Shown here one piece after another: positions 26,956-32,000 of a stretch of DNA of 32,000 bases. Position 1 is the first letter of the stretch; each line of letters opens with the position of its first letter. The stretch lies in contig NC_010814.1 of NCBI RefSeq assembly GCF_000020385.1, positions 2,460,001 through 2,492,000 on the forward strand, written 5' to 3'. Under the pieces are notes generated by a model that was given only the letters and a program-made list of their open reading frames with translations, was not told where the DNA came from and searched no databases. This DNA is from Trichlorobacter lovleyi SZ. Its GTDB lineage: Bacteria; Desulfobacterota; Desulfuromonadia; Geobacterales; Pseudopelobacteraceae. A program made the position numbers and the translations under genes.

Positions 26956-28437
26956 TTATTTATTGTCGCTGATTGGGGCACCATATCCATCGGCTGCTCC
27001 ACAACTGATGCTTTGCGGCAAGGCAACCAGTGCACACCCTGGTTGCGAAACCTGATCCTGCTGCGGCTTATCATCCCTGATCTCGGTTGCCAGCATACTG
27101 GCGAGGGTTTTGATAACATCAGGCGTCATGCCGCTTGCCGCTGTCAAATCAACCCCCCGTTCCTGCAGATATATCGCCGCAAATGCACGTTTGAACTCCT
27201 CAGGCTCCATAATATCGCGTCCCAGGTGCTCCAGGATCGCCTCGCGTTCCTCCAGCAAGCCTTCCCGGAATTCACCGTAGGTGTCCTCCGTCAACCCCGA
27301 CCGCGATGAATGGCCGACCATGTTTTTCAACCTTGCCGAATCGATCCCCAGCAACACCATCCAACCGACAAAAGTATGCCTCAGACTGTACATATCGCGG
27401 TGCGGCAAGCCAGATGACTTCAGTGCAAGGCCCCAAATTTTCTTTAAAATGGTGCTGTAGTTGAGTGGTGTGGCACCATCATCCATAGTGAACACATACT
27501 CAGTCTTGGACGAATTGACAGCTTGCATGATGCTAACACGCAACCGATCTGTGAGCTTGATTTTCCGGCCACGGAAGATTGTTTTGAGCTTGCTTTTCTC
27601 TTCACCACGTGAAATTGAGCGCTTAATATCAATGTATGCATCATGTATGCAGTCTTTTTTTAATCCTTTAAGCTCAGAGAAAATCATACCCATGCGCATT
27701 GCCTCAAACAATGGACGATAGTGCTCTGGCACATGGACAATAAAATGCTGCCACTCGCTTAGCAACCACACTTCACGCGGCTTGTGCCTGATGTCGCCAT
27801 CATCATCAAACATCGCCTCAATTTTTTTGATTCGGCGGAATGCTGGTGGAAATGGATCAGACAACTGCCACTTGTTGTCAGCATTTGCCTCAGTAAATAT
27901 TCGACGCACCAAGTTCAAAATATTTCGCATGCGTTTGGCAGATAAAAACTTACCGGCGTTTTTCCCACCCTGATGTTTGAGATTACGCACAAACACCTTG
28001 AGGAGCGTTGGCGTCAACTGACCAAAGGTGAGATCGCCGATCATCGGGTAGATTCTTGACCTCAACATTTCAGCGTAGTCCGATTTTGTGGTGGTTGATA
28101 GTGTTTTAGCCTCCTCTTCAAACCACTGTCTACCATATTCTTCGAGCGTAACATCACTGGATTTGATCACCGGCAAGCCAAACAGGCTCCGCTCTATTGA
28201 AGAAAACTTCTCAATGTCAGCCTGTTTGGCAAAAGGAAAATACTCCTTGAAACGGAATGTCTGATCATCAAGTGCAACACCGATCTTGTTGAGAAACAGA
28301 ACCAGATTATGTCTATTTTCTGGTGTATCTTTTTTCCCGCTCGCCAAGCGCACCCGCTCGTTGTAAATCCTGCAGTCGATATACAGCTTGTTTCCAATCT
28401 CCCTGATACTTCCAAATTCTGGATGTTTTGAAACCAT
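26956..28437 (-). CDS. int: Tyrosine-type site-specific integrase (phage integrase family) with N-terminal arm-binding-like domain and a long C-terminal tail
   Basis: 493 aa. The catalytic region contains ...MYSLRHTFVGWMVLLG...MVGHSSRSGLTEDTYGEF (R, H-x-x-R, H and Y signatures). AAGGAG lies upstream of ATG 28437. 106 residues follow the presumed catalytic Tyr. Confidence 0.85.
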   Translation of the reverse strand: MVSKHPEFGSIREIGNKLYIDCRIYNERVRLASGKKDTPENRHNLVLFLNKIGVALDDQTFRFKEYFPFAKQADIEKFSSIERSLFGLPVIKSSDVTLEEYGRQWFEEEAKTLSTTTKSDYAEMLRSRIYPMIGDLTFGQLTPTLLKVFVRNLKHQGGKNAGKFLSAKRMRNILNLVRRIFTEANADNKWQLSDPFPPAFRRIKKIEAMFDDDGDIRHKPREVWLLSEWQHFIVHVPEHYRPLFEAMRMGMIFSELKGLKKDCIHDAYIDIKRSISRGEEKSKLKTIFRGRKIKLTDRLRVSIMQAVNSSKTEYVFTMDDGATPLNYSTILKKIWGLALKSSGLPHRDMYSLRHTFVGWMVLLGIDSARLKNMVGHSSRSGLTEDTYGEFREGLLEEREAILEHLGRDIMEPEEFKRAFAAIYLQERGVDLTAASGMTPDVIKTLASMLATEIRDDKPQQDQVSQPGCALVALPQSISCGAADGYGAPISDNK

Positions 28438-28522
28438 ATCATCTCCTTATCATAGGCACCTCCTCAGACGAGTCTTGTTCGCATAAGCAGGATACTCCGT
28501 AATCTGCTGGTTGTATAGTTGG

Positions 28523-28912
28523 TCAGAGGATAAATGCCGGTCTTCTTTTAGTGATCTTTGTTACTGCTGGTTCACGCTTATTTCTGGCAGTTTTTTCTTT
28601 AACCAGAGTGTCCGCCTGAGCCGTTGCTTGCTGCACCAGTTCTTTTGCAGGATTGTGACTCGCAGTAAATTCAAATTCACCTTTTTGATTGATCAACAAA
28701 TCACTAAACAGCCCCATCTGACGCAACTTTTGGTCACGCGCAATCATTTCTCGACATGGCCAATAAAATTTCATTTCGCTGCCATCCCGGATATAATCAA
28801 CACTGTCTATGTATTGTCCGCTTTTTACCCGATTGAATACTGAAGTGCGACCAAGCTTGCGTCGCTCACAGTATTCATCAAGCGTCAATATGTCGGTTGT
28901 GATTAGAGCCAA
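28523..28912 (-). CDS. Excisionase-like / small DNA-binding protein (putative Xis)
   Basis: 129 aa located immediately upstream of int on the same strand. HTH-like segment is LTLDEYCERRKLGRTSVFNRVKSGQY, with a basic C-terminal tail. The tracked start is TTG and no in-frame ATG is nearby, so the start is uncertain. Confidence 0.5.
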   Translation of the reverse strand: MALITTDILTLDEYCERRKLGRTSVFNRVKSGQYIDSVDYIRDGSEMKFYWPCREMIARDQKLRQMGLFSDLLINQKGEFEFTASHNPAKELVQQATAQADTLVKEKTARNKREPAVTKITKRRPAFIL

Positions 28913-29301
28913 CTGTCATCCTGTGCCTTGGTGGTGGTGAATCAACTGAGTCCATCTAAGCACAAGAAAAATATAAAATGGCGATATGTCAACACGTATA
29001 TTCAACATGTTACACGATTTATTAGAAAAAAATAATTTTAAGAGGTATTTTTTTTCAAAAACACACCCAACTCGGCGTGGTGATGCTTCTAGTTGCATGA
29101 GCAGTTCAGTAGTTACCAATTCCGCAATAACTCTGCCTCTACAGTGCCTGCGCCCCTTCCCCGCCTGAGCCAAGATGTGTTACCGGCCTGATAGATCTGT
29201 ATTGAGCTAAAGGGCCTGTTAGGCCATAAGATCGAGCAAAAACTTCCAGACGAGCGGATAAAGATGTAGAATGAACCCAGTTGCAAGCAACTGGAGCCCA
29301 T

Positions 29302-29610
29302 GTGACGAAACGCGTTGCCTATAACCTTTACCTCTCTTTACCCTTACACCGTCAGATGACCCGACTGACCGAAGCCGGCTTGTCGGCGTCAGCAGTCGCG
29401 CGGTTGGCCGTACAAAAACGGCCTATCATCCTGCCAGATGGCGACGATGCAAGCTGTCCGGTACGCACCACAATTTATGTCGGCAGTGACACTACAGCTG
29501 TACTGACAGAGTTGGCCAGTGCCCATGGCGTGAGCAAAGCAGAGGTGTTACGGCGATTATTAACTGCCTATCTCGATGCAAACCGTGACTGCATTAATGC
29601 TCTTTTTTGA
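29302..29610 (+). CDS. Tandem ribbon-helix-helix (CopG/Arc-like) DNA-binding protein
   Basis: GTG 29302 is preferred because GGAG lies 5 nt upstream. The alternatives TTG 29281 and ATG 29356 lack an SD. There are two RHH-like modules: KRVAYNLYLSLPLHRQMTRLTEAGLSASAVARLAV and RTTIYVGSDTTAVLTELASAHGVSKAEVLRRLLTAYL. Confidence 0.55.
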   Translation: MTKRVAYNLYLSLPLHRQMTRLTEAGLSASAVARLAVQKRPIILPDGDDASCPVRTTIYVGSDTTAVLTELASAHGVSKAEVLRRLLTAYLDANRDCINALF

Positions 29611-29633
29611 TGACGTATTTTTTGTTGCATCCA

Positions 29634-29656
29634 ATATACATTATTTGATGTATAAT
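29634..29656 (+). promoter_or_regulatory. Consensus -10 (TATAAT) overlapped by a 7-bp-arm palindrome; putative promoter/operator of the three-gene cassette
   Basis: TATAAT lies at 29651-29656. TATACAT (29635-29641), N6, ATGTATA (29648-29654) form a perfect inverted repeat overlapping the -10. No good -35 at 17-nt spacing; TTGCAT lies 20 nt upstream. Confidence 0.45.
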
Positions 29657-29693
29657 ATCTATGGTAGTGATCATTTGTGGTTAAGGAGAACAT

Positions 29694-29891
29694 ATGGTTG
29701 ATTTGGTGGGCAGATATCACGATCTATTCCGGCTAACGGCTGAATACAGCCTACTACCGGCACATTTGCTAGCCGTAGCACACTGGCACGGTCTGGCTAC
29801 CTGCGTTGGTTGTCTAGCTCTTGCAGCCCACGTCATTGCGGCAATTGGTCATAACAAGGGTAAACGTCATCAAGGCGCTGTCGAGGCATAA
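29694..29891 (+). CDS. Small hydrophobic His/Cys-rich protein of unknown function
   Basis: 65 aa with a strong SD (TTAAGGAGAACAT-ATG). The hydrophobic core is LLPAHLLAVAHWHGLATCVGCLALAAHVIAAIG, and the C-terminus is basic. Confidence 0.55.
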   Translation: MVDLVGRYHDLFRLTAEYSLLPAHLLAVAHWHGLATCVGCLALAAHVIAAIGHNKGKRHQGAVEA

Positions 29892-29892
29892 C

Positions 29893-30513
29893 ATGACTGT
29901 ACTGATGAGACAGACACTGGAGAGCAATCGCACTGAATTGGCAGCGCGTTGCAAGGCTGTCAGCAAGGCAGCTACGTCACAGAAAATTTGCCACCTAAAA
30001 ATGGAGATAGTTAACAGCCAAGTCCTGGATATCCCTGTAGCCGGAAGAGTAACGTCATGGCGTCCACTCAGGGTAGTCGTCACTGTTGCGCACAATGAGC
30101 TTGTATTTTGGGAAAGACTGGTCGATTCACACATCGCAAGAAAGGATGAAACAGGCCTGCGCTGGTCTGCTGACCGATTTATCACCCATAACGACTCTTT
30201 AGCCAAAGTCGCGCTCAAAGAGATCATTGACCAGCAACAGCAACGCGCTGCATGCCTCGACAGTGCCATGCTCACTGCCGGATTGGGAGGTCTCATTGTG
30301 TCGCTGGCTTCACCGGCATTTGGGGCAGCCCTGTTAATGATAGCCCTGTTGGTTGGTCAGGCTGGATGGCTGGTGGCCTACAGACTATCACGTCAGATTC
30401 AAGTTCTTATCGAGTGGCTGGATAGCAGTAAAGTAAGCCGAACAGCCCTTATAACTGAACAACCACCTTGGCGCAGAAAAGGAGTGGCAGGTCATGATAC
30501 TTCCCGGACATGA
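29893..30513 (+). CDS. Membrane protein of unknown function (soluble N-terminal domain plus two C-terminal TM helices)
   Basis: Start set at ATG 29893, with GAGG 6 nt upstream, one nt after the previous stop. The tracked ORF begins earlier at 29821, inside the previous gene. The TM region is LTAGLGGLIVSLASPAFGAALLMIALLVGQAGWLVAY. No recognisable family. Confidence 0.55.
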   Translation: MTVLMRQTLESNRTELAARCKAVSKAATSQKICHLKMEIVNSQVLDIPVAGRVTSWRPLRVVVTVAHNELVFWERLVDSHIARKDETGLRWSADRFITHNDSLAKVALKEIIDQQQQRAACLDSAMLTAGLGGLIVSLASPAFGAALLMIALLVGQAGWLVAYRLSRQIQVLIEWLDSSKVSRTALITEQPPWRRKGVAGHDTSRT

Positions 30514-31216
30514 TCACACCTGGATGACGCTCCAGCTCAATTGGCAAGATGCAGCAATCAGGGGTCTTGGGCCTGTGCGGATGGCGCGGGCATCGGTTCG
30601 TCGAGAAAGATTTCCATGGGTCACAAGTACAAGTGTTATCGCGGCAATCCAAGATAATGCAACTACGTCTAAAAAACTTTGGCTCTATGCAAGCTCGAAC
30701 CCTGACCAGGTTGCCAGGCGCTGGCATCGGCCGTTTCTAATCGCACATAAAGGCGGCATGAGCTTGACTACGGCCGAGGAGTTTTTTTCGTGGCCGATGT
30801 GTGAGGCGATCTGGTCGGAGCTACATGATGCAGATGTTACAGACTTGGTAACAATTGTGAGTTGGCCGTATATTACCAAGAGCTGGGTCCAGCATGCATT
30901 GCCAGGATGGGATATGGCAGACAACGGCGCAGGTGAGTTGACGTTTTGGCGCAAGACAACGGCAAATTTAGGCGTAGAAGCGATGGTCGAGGTGACGCCA
31001 TCAGCAATCAACATTTACCTGGGTGACGAGATTTTTGCGCCAAGGCTGATTCCGGGCGATCTGGCGTTTTCGTTGCCGGCCCAATTTCCGAATCTGGATA
31101 TTATGTATCATCTTTTGCCAGAACGGATCACGCACGAGGCCCGGGCTGTCATGCGATGGTACCGCAGTGTGCTTTTCCGTGCGACAATATTAGAGGCGCC
31201 ATCAGTAACAATATGA
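30494..31216 (+). CDS. Trp-rich soluble protein of unknown function
   Basis: 240 aa. GGAG lies 9 nt upstream of the ATG. Overlaps the previous gene by 20 nt. I recognise no motif. Confidence 0.55.
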   Translation: MILPGHDHTWMTLQLNWQDAAIRGLGPVRMARASVRRERFPWVTSTSVIAAIQDNATTSKKLWLYASSNPDQVARRWHRPFLIAHKGGMSLTTAEEFFSWPMCEAIWSELHDADVTDLVTIVSWPYITKSWVQHALPGWDMADNGAGELTFWRKTTANLGVEAMVEVTPSAINIYLGDEIFAPRLIPGDLAFSLPAQFPNLDIMYHLLPERITHEARAVMRWYRSVLFRATILEAPSVTI

Positions 31217-31225
31217 CTAGACGCT

Positions 31226-31261
31226 ATTGTACGCAGTACAATGCAATTGCGCTTTCCTAAC
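31226..31261 (+). repeat. Hairpin-plus-tail unit R1
   Basis: Hairpin is ATTGTAC-GCA-GTACAAT and tail is GCAATTGCGCTTTCCTAAC. Confidence 0.85.
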
Positions 31262-31311
31262 GCTTTTTTGTCTTTATTGAAGTCGGGATCTTAGTTGGTC
31301 ATTTGCTTAGC

Positions 31312-31347
31312 AATGTACGCAGTACATTGTAATTGCGCTTTTCTGAC
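31312..31347 (+). repeat. Hairpin-plus-tail unit R2
   Basis: Hairpin is AATGTAC-GCA-GTACATT and tail is GTAATTGCGCTTTTCTGAC. Confidence 0.9.
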
Positions 31348-31436
31348 TGGTGAAGGCAATTTCGACGAGAAACAGTCAGGCCAGACGTTTTTTTGTCGTC
31401 TGTTTAGGGCGTAGAGCAAGACAAGCGCAGCCGATT

Positions 31437-31472
31437 AATGTACGCAGTACATTGCAATTACGCTTTTCTGAC
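31437..31472 (+). repeat. Hairpin-plus-tail unit R3
   Basis: Hairpin is AATGTAC-GCA-GTACATT and tail is GCAATTACGCTTTTCTGAC. Confidence 0.9.
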
Positions 31473-31536
31473 CGTTTAACGCGGAATCCCAAGTTTTGCA
31501 GTTTTGGCCAGAAAAAAGAGACGATTTATGTCGTAT

Positions 31537-31572
31537 AAGTAACACGGTTACTTGTAATTGCGCATTTCTGAC
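31537..31572 (+). repeat. Hairpin-plus-tail unit R4 (diverged stem sequence, conserved pairing and tail)
   Basis: Hairpin is AAGTAAC-ACG-GTTACTT and tail is GTAATTGCGCATTTCTGAC. Confidence 0.85.
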
Positions 31573-31606
31573 TGCTATATGACATTGATAATCTGCCATG
31601 CGCTGC

Positions 31607-31861
31607 TCACAGCAATAACTTTTTGCGCCAGTCGATCTTGTAGGGTTTCTGTTGATCGTCTGGAGATATGATTGTGCTGTTATGCTGACTACTGAGGAAT
31701 AGCTGCAAAGCTTCGTCAATAGGAAGGCTAAAGTCAATCTTAGCACTCAAACGGTCATTTGCATCATGGCTAGCAACAATGGCATCGGGAAATGCACTAC
31801 GAACCTGGTTAACTAGCGCATGGATGGTATTACGTTCACCAGACAATCTGAATTTGATCAT
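31607..31861 (-). CDS. Small protein of unknown function
   Basis: 84 aa from ATG 31861 (GTG at 31864 is the tracked start). AGGAGG lies about 10 nt upstream. Its start abuts the stop of the upstream partial ORF (TAGTGATG). No recognisable family. Confidence 0.5.
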   Translation of the reverse strand: MIKFRLSGERNTIHALVNQVRSAFPDAIVASHDANDRLSAKIDFSLPIDEALQLFLSSQHNSTIISPDDQQKPYKIDWRKKLLL

Positions 31862-31863
31862 CA

Positions 31864-32000
31864 CTATGCTGCCTCCTGTTCAGTCGACAATGTTTTAGGT
31901 GTGCGACGACCTTTACATGATCTGACAGTGTTTAGGGGCGTATCAGCAACAGACATGCCGTCGATCGATGCACCGTTTATCGATGCTTCTGACGGTTGCT
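31864..32000 (-). CDS. 3' end of an ORF continuing beyond the window (unknown function)
   Basis: Manual translation of the minus strand gives an open frame from 32000 to TAG at 31864-31866: ...QPSEASINGASIDGMSVADTPLNTVRSCKGRRTPKTLSTEQEAA*. It is translationally coupled to the next gene and is absent from the ORF track because it has no start in the window. Confidence 0.4.
   Translation of the reverse strand, partial: QPSEASINGASIDGMSVADTPLNTVRSCKGRRTPKTLSTEQEAA

Larger units (their letters stand above)
26869..32000. mobile_element. Integrated genomic island at the 3' end of tRNA-Gly; right boundary not in the window
   Basis: A tyrosine integrase and an excisionase-like gene directly abut the tRNA 3' end. 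Composition drops: hand spot counts gave 26/60 G+C at 27901-27960 versus 35/60 at 12301-12360. Genes are small, of unknown function and translationally coupled. No second copy of the tRNA 3' end was found in the window. Confidence 0.75.

Noticed and set aside
28916-29173. ORFs in the xis/RHH intergenic region (28916-29173 -, 28986-29168 +, 29113-29301 -)
   Set aside because: They have no SD, overlap one another in an AT-rich regulatory region, and give implausible low-complexity products.
31350-31538. 62-aa + strand ORF across the repeat region
   Set aside because: It starts at GTG without an SD, is highly basic and low-complexity, and runs through repeat unit R3 while the other units are noncoding.
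31226-31572. CRISPR array interpretation of the four repeats
   Set aside because: There are only four copies and they are imperfect (R4's stem is rewritten). The spacers are irregular (52, 91 and 66 nt) rather than uniform at about 30-40 nt. No cas genes or leader are in view.
26869-32000. Second copy of the tRNA-Gly 3' end (attR) inside the window, including just right of the repeat array (31573-31606)
   Set aside because: No convincing match to GGTTCGAATCCCGTTTCCCGCTCCA or its 3' part was found by eye, so the right boundary is left open.

Overview
This is a high-GC, Geobacter/Desulfuromonadota-like chromosomal segment; that assignment is inferred only from gene content and protein style. 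It ends in a lower-GC integrated element. From left to right the core carries: (1) a sensor kinase, a receiver and a sigma-54 enhancer-binding regulator, then a perfect -24/-12 promoter and a lipoprotein decaheme c-type cytochrome built as an internal duplication in the MtrC/OmcA style; (2) an ExeA/GspA plus GspB pair; (3) a minus-strand block of HD hydrolase, MscS-cNMP channel, pyrD, pyrK and rimI; (4) tRNA-Gln; (5) a four-subunit 2-oxoacid:ferredoxin oxidoreductase operon with an IS5-family element inserted 32-36 bp upstream of its first gene; (6) a MucR/Ros regulator; (7) a long minus-strand operon of beta-helix lipoprotein, class-V aminotransferase, PIN-PhoH2, tsaD and rsmA; (8) class II RNR nrdJ with NrdR-box-like sites; (9) tRNA-Gly(CCC). 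Immediately 3' of tRNA-Gly begins a genomic island with a tyrosine integrase, an excisionase-like gene, a tandem RHH regulator and a three-gene membrane/unknown cassette. The island also holds the most unusual signal. In a convergent intergenic gap sit four same-orientation 36-nt units. Each unit is a 7-bp-stem, 3-nt-loop hairpin whose pairing is kept by compensatory changes, followed by a sequence-conserved 19-nt tail. The array is not CRISPR-like and resembles hairpin-plus-nick substrates of ssDNA-processing enzymes. All calls come from reading the sequence and ORF translations; no database search was possible.
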